A DNA stretch of 64,000 nucleotides from NCBI GenBank assembly GCA_963663895.2, contig CAXXRD010000002.1, forward strand, positions 448,001 through 512,000, in the 5' to 3' direction. This document shows, in pieces, positions 38,804 to 47,635 of this stretch. Numbering within the stretch: position 1 is the stretch's first letter; each line of letters opens with the position of its first letter. The notes beneath the pieces were generated by a model. The model was not told where the DNA came from. It searched no databases and saw only the letters and a program-made list of their open reading frames with translations. Source of the stretch: Dehalococcoidia bacterium. Lineage in GTDB: Bacteria > Chloroflexota > Dehalococcoidia > Bin125. The translations under genes and the position numbers were made by a program.

Positions 38804-40519
38804 CTAGGTCTCACTGGCGCGGCGCGGCGCCACGCGAAAGTCATCGACGGCGGCGGTCCGGTCGATCACGGCGTCGATGACGGTGGGATGGCCGGAGGCG
38901 AAGGCCGAGCGCAGAGCGTCCGGGATGTCGCGGGCGTCGTCGACGCACAGACCGTCGGCGCCGAAGCCGCGGGCGATGCGCGCATGGTCGACATCGCCGA
39001 ACTCGGAGGCGATCAGCCGGTCCTTCTGGTGCTGGCGGACCATGCCGAGGGAGGAGTCGTTCATGACGAGCCAGACGGCAGGCAGCTCGTACTGCACGGC
39101 CGTGGCGATGGCGTGGACGGAGATCATGAAGCCGCCATCGCCGGTGACGCCGAGCACGGGGCGGCGGGGCTGCGCGACCTTGAGCCCGAGCGCGGCGGGG
39201 AGGGCCCAGCCCATGCCGGCAAGCCCGCCGGGACAGAAAAAGGTCTTGGCTTGCTGCGCTTGGTAGAAATGACACATCCACACGCGGTTGTTGCCGGCGT
39301 CCAGGGCGATGAGCGTCTCGGGATCAACGGATTCCTGGACGAGACGGACGAGGCGCGGCGGCAGCGGGGGAGCGGTGTCGCCGTGGAGCATTGGGTGCTC
39401 GTAGTAGGAGCGCGTGCGCTTGATCGCGGCGAGACGCTCGCTCCGGGCCTGGGTGTCGAGGGGGTCTTCGCGCAGGGTCGCCTCGCAGGCCGCGACGAGC
39501 TGAGCGAGGACGGCTTGCGCATCGCCGATGAGCGCCCGCTCGACGGGGAAGGTCCACCCGGCGTTATGGGGATCAATGTCGACCTGGAGGATCCTCTGAC
39601 GGGCGGGGTCGAAAACGGCGGGCCGCTCGCGCACGGTGTCTTGCGGGGTGAGCTTGGCGCCGACGACGAGGACGACGTCGGCGTCGCCGACCACCGCGTT
39701 GGCAACCTCTTGGCCGAACACGCCGACCATGCCGACGGCGAGGGGGTGGGTCTCGGCGATCGCGCTCTTGCCCTTGTAGGTCGTGGCGACGGCGGCGCCG
39801 AGGAGCTCGGCGAGGCGGCGGAGATCCTGGTGAGCGTCTGCCAGGTGGACGCCGTTGCCGGCGACGATGACCGGGTTCGCCGCGTTGATCAGGAGCTCGG
39901 CGGCAGGGACCACGTCATCCTCGGCGGCGACCGCGGGGGAGCCGGGGAGGTAGCCGGCGGTGGGATGGATGTAGGGGGCGTGCGCTTCGTCCACGTCGTC
40001 GAGGACGGCTTGGCTGCGGAAGACGACGGCGGCGGGACCGGGGCGGCCGCTGGTGGCGTGCTTGATGGCGAGCTGGGTGCCGATGACCGCTTCCTTGGCC
40101 GTGGCGGCCAGGGTGGTGTACTTGGTCATGGCGCGGAAGATGGCGACGATGTCCGGGCTGCCGTGGTCGCCCGTGACGGACTGGTTGGCGGGGTGCTGGG
40201 GCATGAGACCGTCCGACGTATCGGTGATGATCACCATCGGGGAGCCGCTGACGAAGGCCTCCATGACGCCGAAAGCGGCGTTCGAACCGATGAAGGCGCC
40301 CTGGCCCATGATGAGGGCGGGGCGGCCGGCAGCGCGGGCGTAGGCATCCGCCATGATGGAAGCCCCGTGCTCGTGGCGGACGAGGATGGAGGTGACGCGT
40401 TCGCGCTGGTCGTAGAGGCCGTCGAAGATCTCGAGGGTGCCGCCGCCCGGAAGGCCGAAGACGTGCTGAATGCCGGACTCGGCCAGGACGCGCGCGATCA
40501 GCTCTTTCGCCTTCGCCAT
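38804..40519 (-). CDS. ThDP-dependent enzyme (acetolactate synthase large subunit-like)
   Basis: FGLPGG, RHEHGASIMADAY, GRPGPA, GMGWALPAA, GDGGF...MND. Confidence 0.87.
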   Translation of the reverse strand: MAKAKELIARVLAESGIQHVFGLPGGGTLEIFDGLYDQRERVTSILVRHEHGASIMADAYARAAGRPALIMGQGAFIGSNAAFGVMEAFVSGSPMVIITDTSDGLMPQHPANQSVTGDHGSPDIVAIFRAMTKYTTLAATAKEAVIGTQLAIKHATSGRPGPAAVVFRSQAVLDDVDEAHAPYIHPTAGYLPGSPAVAAEDDVVPAAELLINAANPVIVAGNGVHLADAHQDLRRLAELLGAAVATTYKGKSAIAETHPLAVGMVGVFGQEVANAVVGDADVVLVVGAKLTPQDTVRERPAVFDPARQRILQVDIDPHNAGWTFPVERALIGDAQAVLAQLVAACEATLREDPLDTQARSERLAAIKRTRSYYEHPMLHGDTAPPLPPRLVRLVQESVDPETLIALDAGNNRVWMCHFYQAQQAKTFFCPGGLAGMGWALPAALGLKVAQPRRPVLGVTGDGGFMISVHAIATAVQYELPAVWLVMNDSSLGMVRQHQKDRLIASEFGDVDHARIARGFGADGLCVDDARDIPDALRSAFASGHPTVIDAVIDRTAAVDDFRVAPRRASET

Positions 40520-40632
40520 GTGTCTCTCCCTGCGGCGCAGGCCCATGACTACAAGGTGCGCGGCGCTCGTGTCCAGTCACGCAGGCCCTGACGGGGCTTT
40601 CAAGGAGGCGGCGTTTGCCGTATAAGGAGCGC

Positions 40633-41658
40633 ATGCGCGATACCGCCCTAGCCGAGATCGAGAGTTGCTACGCATTGGGGTGGACGGACGGGCTGCCGGT
40701 CGTGCCGCCGACGCCGGAGCGCGTGGAGGCGATGCTGGGGGAGTGGGCGCCGCGGCGGGCAGAGGCGATCGCGACCTTGCTCCCGAGCGGCGGGGTGGCC
40801 ACCGTCGAGAAGATCGCGGCCAATGCGGTGATGGCGGGCTGCCTGCCCGCGTACTTGCCGGTCGTGATCGGCGCGGTGCAAGCCGTGGCGCAGCCCGCCT
40901 TCGGGTTGGAGGCCGTGCTGACAACGGTGCACTCGTGCAGCCCCATGCTGCTGGTCAGCGGACCCGTGGCGGCGGAGCTGGAGATGAACGCGGGCACGGG
41001 GGCGCTCGGCCCGGGCAACCGCGCCAACGCGACGATCGGGCGGGCGCTGCTCTTGGTGATGCGCAACGTGGCGGGCGCGGTGCCGGGCGGGCTCGACCCG
41101 GCGACGCTGGGGCAGCCGGGGAAGTACAGCTTCTGCTACACGGAGCAGACGGCGGACTCGCCCTGGGAGCCGTTCCAGGTCACGAAAGGCTTCGGGGCGG
41201 AAGAGTCGGCGGTGACGGTCTACGGAGCGGACGCCCCGCTCTGCATCGCGGAGATGGGACGGCCGGATCCGGAATCGATCCTGGCGACGATCGTGGAATC
41301 GGCGCTGATCCCGGGGAGCTACAACGCCTTTTTCCGCGAGGATCTGTTCTTGGTGATGTCGCCCAACCACGCGGAGGTGATCGGAGCGGCGGGATGGAGC
41401 CGGGCGGACGTGCAGCAGTACTTCTACGAGCACGCACGCTTGCCGGCCGGGCATCTGCGCCAGCGGGGGTTGTACGGGTTCGCCGAGGTGCCCGACTACG
41501 CCAATGTGGTGATGGAGGCGGATGCCGAGACGCTCGTGCCGGTGATCGCGAGTCCGGAGCGCCTGTGTCTGACGGTGGCGGGCGGCGCCTACGGCGGCTA
41601 TACCGCTATCGTGTTCGGCATGGGAAGCAGCGTCACGCTGCCGCTGCCGGCAGCGTGA
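40633..41658 (+). CDS. Conserved hypothetical protein, partner of UGSC-family selenoprotein
   Basis: GWTDGLPVVPPTPERVEAML, TVEKIAANAVMAGC, NRANATIGRAL, TLGQPGK; this family is recalled as a neighbour of UGSC genes. Confidence 0.75.
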   Translation: MRDTALAEIESCYALGWTDGLPVVPPTPERVEAMLGEWAPRRAEAIATLLPSGGVATVEKIAANAVMAGCLPAYLPVVIGAVQAVAQPAFGLEAVLTTVHSCSPMLLVSGPVAAELEMNAGTGALGPGNRANATIGRALLLVMRNVAGAVPGGLDPATLGQPGKYSFCYTEQTADSPWEPFQVTKGFGAEESAVTVYGADAPLCIAEMGRPDPESILATIVESALIPGSYNAFFREDLFLVMSPNHAEVIGAAGWSRADVQQYFYEHARLPAGHLRQRGLYGFAEVPDYANVVMEADAETLVPVIASPERLCLTVAGGAYGGYTAIVFGMGSSVTLPLPAA

Positions 41659-41674
41659 GGGTTTGGAGGCCGAG

Positions 41675-42226
41675 ATGAACGTCCAGGCGGAGAGTTTCGT
41701 CAGCCCGGTCGCGGATGCCTTCCAGCCGGGGGAGCCGGCCGCCCGACCGGAGTCGCTGGACGATGCACGGGTGGGGCTGGTCGACTGCATGCTCAATCCC
41801 AGCGGCAACTGGGGGCAGGGGATCTTGGACGGGGCCGAGGCGGCGATCCACGATCGCTGGCCGGGCGCGGCCTTCGGGCGAGTGCCGCGTCCGCAGGTCG
41901 TCGCGGAGCCAACGGAAACCTGGGCCCCCGCGATGGCGAAGCAGTATCAGGCCTTGATAATCGCGGCGGGGGACTGAGCGACCTGCTCGTCGCGCAGTGT
42001 GCGCGACGCGGTGGCGGCGGAGAAAAATGGCGTGCCGAGCGTCGTTGTGCTGACCGACGGGTTGTGCTCGATCGCGAGCGAGACAGCGCGCGTGCTGGGA
42101 CGGGAGGGACTACCGATCATCACGGTCGAGACGAGCCTGTTCGGGCTGAACCGCGAGGCGATCGCGCAGGCGGTGGAGCCGCTGGGCTCCCAGATCGCCG
42201 AAGCGCTCACCCGCGGCGAGCCGTAA
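41675..42226 (+). CDS. UGSC-family selenoprotein (Sec101, DUATC)
   Basis: ORFs 41663-41977 and 41999-42226 share a frame across TGA 41975-41977: ALIIAAGD-U-ATCSSRSVRDAVAAEKNGVPSVVV; SECIS-like hairpin follows; GGAGG RBS before ATG 41675. Confidence 0.85.
41988..42008 (+). promoter_or_regulatory. Putative bacterial SECIS element
   Basis: CGUCGCGCA[GUG]UGCGCGACG, a perfect 9-bp stem; loop begins 19 nt after the UGA. Confidence 0.72.
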
Positions 42227-42239
42227 ATCGCGAGCCGCC

Positions 42240-42533
42240 ATGATCGTCGAGATCCAGTGCCTGCCGAACCCGCCCGGCGTGCAGGGCGACAGGTACCGCC
42301 ACGTGGAGGCCGCGATCGCCGAGGTGGAGCGGTCGGGGCTCGTGTACGAGGTGGGCGCGCTGGGGACGACGGTGGAGGGCGATCCGGACGCGGTGTGGCC
42401 GCTCGTGCGCAGCGTGCACGAGGCCTGCTTGCGGTCGGGGGCGGAAGGGCTGGTGACGGTGGTGAAAGTCGAGCAGAGCGCCGGCGAGGAATCGCCGACG
42501 ATCCGCAGTCTCACCGGAAAGTTCCGCAGCTGA
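42240..42533 (+). CDS. Thiamine-binding protein (MTH1187/YkoF family)
   Basis: 97 aa; VEAAIAEVERSGLVYEVGALGTTVEGD, C-terminal LTGKF. Confidence 0.85.
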   Translation: MIVEIQCLPNPPGVQGDRYRHVEAAIAEVERSGLVYEVGALGTTVEGDPDAVWPLVRSVHEACLRSGAEGLVTVVKVEQSAGEESPTIRSLTGKFRS

Positions 42534-42994
42534 TGCAGATGATCGGAAGCCGGACGATGCCCTATCCGCGCGAGCGGGTGTGGGCGGCGCTGCAGGACCC
42601 GGCGATGCTGCGCAAGACGTTGCCGGGCTGCGAGGAGCTGACGCCCAGCGGGGAGAACAGCTTCGACGCCAAGGTGACCATCGGGGTGGCGGCGATCAAA
42701 GGTCGCTACAAGGGCAAGGTGCGGCTCTTCGACCTGGAGCCGCCGCACAAGCTGCGGATGGCGGTGGAGGGGGGAGGCGGTCCGGGCCGGATGCGGGGGG
42801 AGGGAACGGTAGAGCTGGAGAGCGTGACGGAGGGGACCAAGCTCGTGTACGACGGGGAGGCGGCGACGTTCGGGCCGATCGCGCGGGTGGGGCAGCGGCT
42901 GCTGCGGAGCGCCGCGAACAAGCTGCTGGGGGAGTTCTTGAGTCGGCTAGAGCAAGAGCTGGGCCGGGAGGGCGAGAGCGAGAGGGCATCCTAG
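42533..42994 (+). CDS. coxG: CoxG-like SRPBCC protein
   Basis: VWAALQDPAMLRKTLPGCE, GPIARVGQRLL; TGATG overlap with the upstream gene. Confidence 0.85.
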   Translation: MQMIGSRTMPYPRERVWAALQDPAMLRKTLPGCEELTPSGENSFDAKVTIGVAAIKGRYKGKVRLFDLEPPHKLRMAVEGGGGPGRMRGEGTVELESVTEGTKLVYDGEAATFGPIARVGQRLLRSAANKLLGEFLSRLEQELGREGESERAS

Positions 42995-43143
42995 CCGATC
43001 CCGCCCGGCGGCTCGTCGAGGCCAACTCGCGCCGGACCGCGCAGGGCGCGCTCTATAGATCGACCGGAACCTTGCGAAGCGGAGTAGGACCTGAGAGACC
43101 CAGCGAGGTCGTGGAACGCAACCGGCTGCGGCGATCCGGTCGG

Positions 43144-44544
43144 TTACGGCGTGTTGGGGGGCTCGAAGAGGCTGCGGGCAATGGCGATCACCCCGTCCAC
43201 ATTCGCCCCCAGTAGGCTCTTCGTCAGCGCATGCACGGTGTAGCGACTCTCCGTCGCCGGGTCGAAGATCCACACCTTTATAGGAAAAAGAGGGTCGTGT
43301 CCTGGACCGAGGAGACCGTAGATCACCTGTGCCGGCCGCCCGGCGATAACGCGCGTCTCCGTGACCCCCAGATCATCGCCGTTCGGCCGCCAGGCGGCAT
43401 TTCTGGGCCAACCACGTCCCACCGCATGCTCCCCTACGATCCGGAGACCGACCCCCCCAGCTGGCGAACGGTAGGACGCCTTGTAACCGTAGATCGTGGT
43501 CTCCGGGTCCATCTCGGCGCGCAAAAAGGCCCACCCATCGGGCAACGCGGGATCGCGCCAGTACGGATAGGTCCGGGCCGTCGCCAGATCCGTCGTGTAG
43601 TGGGGGTTGTCGCGGTTGTAGGCGGGCGGCGTGCTGCGCACGCGCGCTTCGGTTTCCCCTGTCCAGGTTTCGGGCACGATCTGGAAGGGGCCGTGGCGGA
43701 TGGGCGCGGTCAGGCTGGTCCCCCCCAGATCGGGCAGGACCACCCCCCCCCCAGGTGACACTGACGGCGGTGGTGGCGGTGGCGATCGCGCTGCTGCAGC
43801 CGGTGAAGGCGTAGGTCATCCAGGCGACCCCGAACGCCCGGGTCACGGCCCCCGCCGCGGGCGCCGGAGCGCTCGTCACCGCGTAGCGCACGAAGCAGTC
43901 GGCGGCCTGCTTCCACTCGACCAGGTCACCGGGTTCCACCGCGTCGTAGCGGGCCACCTGGGAGACGCCGTGAGTATCGTGCGTATGGATCAGCAAAGCG
44001 GTGGCCGTGCCGTCGCGCAGCCCTTCGTAGGTGGTGACGGCGGTACTGGTGTCGGCGGGATCTTTGAGGAAGACGTAGTGGCCCGGCTCCGCCACCGCGC
44101 CACTGAGGTCGTAGGTGTCGTAAAGCAAGGGCAGGGCTTCGGCTTCGTCCCTCGCTGTGGATGGATCTCCTAGAGGCGGTTCGCCTGGCGCCGGCGGCGG
44201 TTCAGAGGCGGCGGGCGCGGTTGACGCGGGCTCGTCGGGTGGCAGGGATGCCTCCGGCGCAACGGGCGCGACCGGTTCCGCGGGCGGCTCCGTGATGGGG
44301 GCATCGGCCGTAGGTGTTGGCGGTTCCGGAGTCTCCGCCTGCGGGGCAGGCGTGACCCGTGCGGTTGGCGTGGATGCGTCCGGCTCTGGCGGCTCGGCCG
44401 TCACTGCGGCTTGCGGAGCGGTCTCAGCAGGTGCGGGCGATGGGTCGCCGCCCACTGACCCGCCGCAGGCCGTCAGGCCGCCCGCAGCGCCAGGGCGAGG
44501 CCGGCGGCGAGCAGGAGGGTCGCCCCATGGCGGGCGCGATTCAT
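43144..44544 (-). pseudogene. Frameshifted exported lipoprotein with Pro/Ala-rich linker
   Basis: ATG 44544 gives MNRARHGATLLLAAGLALAL; a shift near 44485 joins GGLTAC (lipobox); a second shift in the G10 run 43743-43752 joins the ORF ending at 43144 (VLPDLGGTSLTAPIRHG...). Confidence 0.65.
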
Positions 44545-44814
44545 GGCATGGTGCCCCCGCTGTCTTATTCAGGTTAACGCCGCCGGCGAGGGCGAGGTTC
44601 CGCACGGTGTCCACGATCGAACAGCGCCGGGCGCGCCGGTGCTTCGTCATGGCCCGATCAGCGGATCGCGGAGCAGCCCGTCAGCCGGAGGATGTGCGAA
44701 AACCCCCTAGAATCCCAGAGAAACTTGGTGCGGGGCCGGGGGCTTGGGACCCCCGACACGTATCGGCTAGTCTGTTGCTCCAATCGAGCACTCCTAGAGC
44801 GAAGGAGGCGCGCT

Positions 44815-45276
44815 TTGCCCGAGATCAGCGTGACGGTGAACGGCGTGGAGCATCGGGAGGAGGTGGAGCCGCGGCTGCTGCTGGTGCACTTGTTGCGGGA
44901 GCGGCTGCGCCTGACGGGAACGCACGTGGGCTGCGACACGTCCCAGTGCGGGGCCTGCACGGTCGTCCTCGACGGCAAGTCGGTGAAATCGTGCACGGTG
45001 CTGGCGGTGCAAGCGGACGGGAGCGAGCTGCTGACGATCGAGGGGCTGGGCAAGGACGGCCTCCATCCCGTCCAGCAGGGATTCTGGGATCAGCACGGGC
45101 TGCAGTGCGGCTACTGCACGCCGGGGATGATCATGGCCGCGTACCAGCTGTTGCAGGACGATTCCGACCCGAGCGAAGAGGCGATCCGTCACGGGCTGCG
45201 CGGGAACCTGTGCCGCTGCACGGGCTATCAGAACATCGTCCGGGCCGTCCAACAGGCGGCGCGGGCGACAAGCTAG
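44815..45276 (+). CDS. coxS: 2Fe-2S subunit of molybdenum hydroxylase (CoxS/CutS)
   Basis: [28 protein letters not shown]; TTG start after AGGAGG. Confidence 0.92.
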   Translation: MPEISVTVNGVEHREEVEPRLLLVHLLRERLRLTGTHVGCDTSQCGACTVVLDGKSVKSCTVLAVQADGSELLTIEGLGKDGLHPVQQGFWDQHGLQCGYCTPGMIMAAYQLLQDDSDPSEEAIRHGLRGNLCRCTGYQNIVRAVQQAARATS

Positions 45277-45286
45277 GAGGCGGACC

Positions 45287-47635
45287 ATGACGACGCAGGA
45301 ACGACCGCCCAAGCTGATCGGCGAGCCGATCAAGCGCCGGGAGGACCCGCGCTTGATCACGGGACAGGGATCGTACGTCGACGATCTGCAGCCGCTGGGG
45401 ACGCTGCACATGGTGATCGTCCGCAGCCCCTACGCCCACGCGCGGGTAACGGGCATCGACGTGAGCGCCGCGCGCAACGCCCCGGGCGTGGTCGCCGTGC
45501 TGACGCCGGAGGACGTGCAGCAGAGCACCGAGCCGGTCCCCGTGGCGGCGCAGCTCGAGGGGATGCATATGCCCCTGCGCCACGCCTTGACGGGCGAAGA
45601 GGTGAAGTTCGTGGGGGAACCGGTGGTGGCGATCGTGGCGGACGACCGCTACCTGGCCGCGGACGCGGCGGAGCTGGTGGAGGTGGAGTACGAAGAGCTG
45701 CCCGCCGTGATCGACCCCGAGCAGGCGCTGGAGGGCGGACCCCTGGTGCACGGCGATCTGGGGACGAACCTCTGCGTCGTCTCCCCGATCGGCGACGCCG
45801 AAGCCGCGGCGCGCGCGATCGAGGGCGCGGAGGTGGTAATCAAGCAGCGGCTGATGAATCAGCGGCTGATCCCGAATCCGATCGAGCCGCGGGCGGTGCT
45901 CGCGCACTACGAGCCGGGGCCGGGAACGCTGACGGTGTGGTCGTCGACGCAGATCCCGCATCTGCTGAAGACGCTGCTGTCGGCCTGCGCGCGCGTTCCC
46001 GAGCAGCTGGTGCGGGTGGTGGCGCCGGACGTGGGGGGCGGGTTCGGGTGCAAGCTGAACGTCTACCCGGAGGAGATCCTGGCGGCGCTGGCATCGCGAC
46101 GGCTGGAGCGGCCGGTGAAATTCGTGGAGACGCGGCAGGAGAACTACGTCGCGACGATCCACGGGCGGGACCTGATCGGACACCTGGAGCTGGGAGCGAA
46201 GCGCGACGGGACGCTCGTCGGTTACCGGATCAAGGTCATCGCCGACATCGGCGCCTACCAGCATCTCCTGACGGCGGCGATCCCGACGCTCACGGCGCTC
46301 ATGCTCCAGGGCGTGTACAAGATTCCGGCGCTCTCGGGCGAGATTGTCGAGGTGTTCACGAACAAGACGCCCACCGACGCCTACCGCGGCGCGGGGCGTC
46401 CCGAAGCGACCTACTACCTGGAGCGCGGCATGGACCTGCTGGCCGTGGAGCTGGGGGCCGACCCGGTCGAGCTGCGGCGCAAGAACTTCATCGGCGCGGG
46501 GGAGTTTCCCTTCGACACCCAGACCGGGCTGGTCTACGACAGCGGCGACTACGAAGCGGCACTGGACAAAGCGCTGGCGATCGTCGGCTACGACGACTTT
46601 CGCAACGAGCAGGCCCGGCTGCGGGAAGAGGGACGGTATCTGGGCGTGGGCTTCTCGACGTACGTCGAGATCTGCGGCGTGGGACCGTCGTCCGCGCTGC
46701 CGGCGGGCGGCTGGGAGGCGGGGACCGTGCGCGTGGAGCGGACGGGAAAGGTGACCGTCCTGACGGGCGTGTCGCCCCACGGGCAGGGGGAGGAGACGTC
46801 GTTCGCGCAGATCGCGGCCGAGCGGCTGGGGGTCGGGATCGAGGACGTGACCGTGATTCACGGGGATACGGCGCAGGTGTCGGCGGGGATCGGGACGTTC
46901 GGGAGCCGCTCCCTGGCGGTGGGCGGCACGGCGCTGGTGATGTCGTTGGACAAGATCGCGGCCAAAGCGAAGCGTTTCGCCGCGCACGCCATGGAGGTGC
47001 AGGCGGACGACCTGGAGTTCGAAGCGGGGCAGGTCTTCGTGAAGGATGCGCCGGAGAAGGCGATCTCGCTGCCGGAGATCGCGACGCTGGCCTACAACGC
47101 GGTCGATCTGCCGCCCGACACGGAGCCGGGGCTGGAGGCCACGAGCTACTACGAACCGGGGAACTTCACGTTCCCGTTCGGGACGCACGTCGCGGTGGTG
47201 GAGGTGGACACGGACAGCGGATCGATCGACCTGCAGCGGTTCATCAGCGTGGACGACTGCGGCAACATCATCAACCCGCTGATCGTCGAAGGGCAGATCC
47301 ATGGGGGGCTCGCGCAGGGGATTGCGCAGGCGCTGTACGAGGAAGCCGTCTACGACGCGAACGGCCAACTGCTGAGCGGATCGCTGATGGACTACGCCGT
47401 ACCGCGTGCGGATCAGCTGCCGAGCTTCGAGCTGGCGACGACGGTGACCCCCACGGGCGTGAATCCACTGGGCGCCAAGGGCGTGGGGGAAGCGGGCACG
47501 ATCGGGTCGACCCCGGCGATCGTGAACGCGGTGGTGGACGCGCTCTCGCCCTTGGGAGTCCAGCACATCGAGATGATGCTGCGGCCGGAGCGCGTCTTAG
47601 ATGCGATTCAGGCGGCGAAGGGGGGTGTGCGATGA
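45287..47635 (+). CDS. coxL: Molybdopterin-binding large subunit, form II CoxL-like
   Basis: GGGFGCK, active-site loop AYRGAGRPE, PHGQGEET, GAKGVGEAG. Confidence 0.85.
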   Translation: MTTQERPPKLIGEPIKRREDPRLITGQGSYVDDLQPLGTLHMVIVRSPYAHARVTGIDVSAARNAPGVVAVLTPEDVQQSTEPVPVAAQLEGMHMPLRHALTGEEVKFVGEPVVAIVADDRYLAADAAELVEVEYEELPAVIDPEQALEGGPLVHGDLGTNLCVVSPIGDAEAAARAIEGAEVVIKQRLMNQRLIPNPIEPRAVLAHYEPGPGTLTVWSSTQIPHLLKTLLSACARVPEQLVRVVAPDVGGGFGCKLNVYPEEILAALASRRLERPVKFVETRQENYVATIHGRDLIGHLELGAKRDGTLVGYRIKVIADIGAYQHLLTAAIPTLTALMLQGVYKIPALSGEIVEVFTNKTPTDAYRGAGRPEATYYLERGMDLLAVELGADPVELRRKNFIGAGEFPFDTQTGLVYDSGDYEAALDKALAIVGYDDFRNEQARLREEGRYLGVGFSTYVEICGVGPSSALPAGGWEAGTVRVERTGKVTVLTGVSPHGQGEETSFAQIAAERLGVGIEDVTVIHGDTAQVSAGIGTFGSRSLAVGGTALVMSLDKIAAKAKRFAAHAMEVQADDLEFEAGQVFVKDAPEKAISLPEIATLAYNAVDLPPDTEPGLEATSYYEPGNFTFPFGTHVAVVEVDTDSGSIDLQRFISVDDCGNIINPLIVEGQIHGGLAQGIAQALYEEAVYDANGQLLSGSLMDYAVPRADQLPSFELATTVTPTGVNPLGAKGVGEAGTIGSTPAIVNAVVDALSPLGVQHIEMMLRPERVLDAIQAAKGGVR

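Noticed and set aside
43055-43150. Integron attC site after the lipoprotein gene
   Set aside because: The palindrome starts at a TAAC, but RYYYAAC is not met, there is no matching GTTRRRY end and no integrase.
44470-44544. Third selenocysteine TGA after the signal peptide (LRAA-TGA)
   Set aside because: Readthrough gives no redox motif; a 1-nt frameshift restores a proper lipobox (LTAC).
45287-47635. Bona fide (form I) aerobic CO dehydrogenase
   Set aside because: It has AYRGAGR rather than AYXCSFR, and S-L-M gene order.
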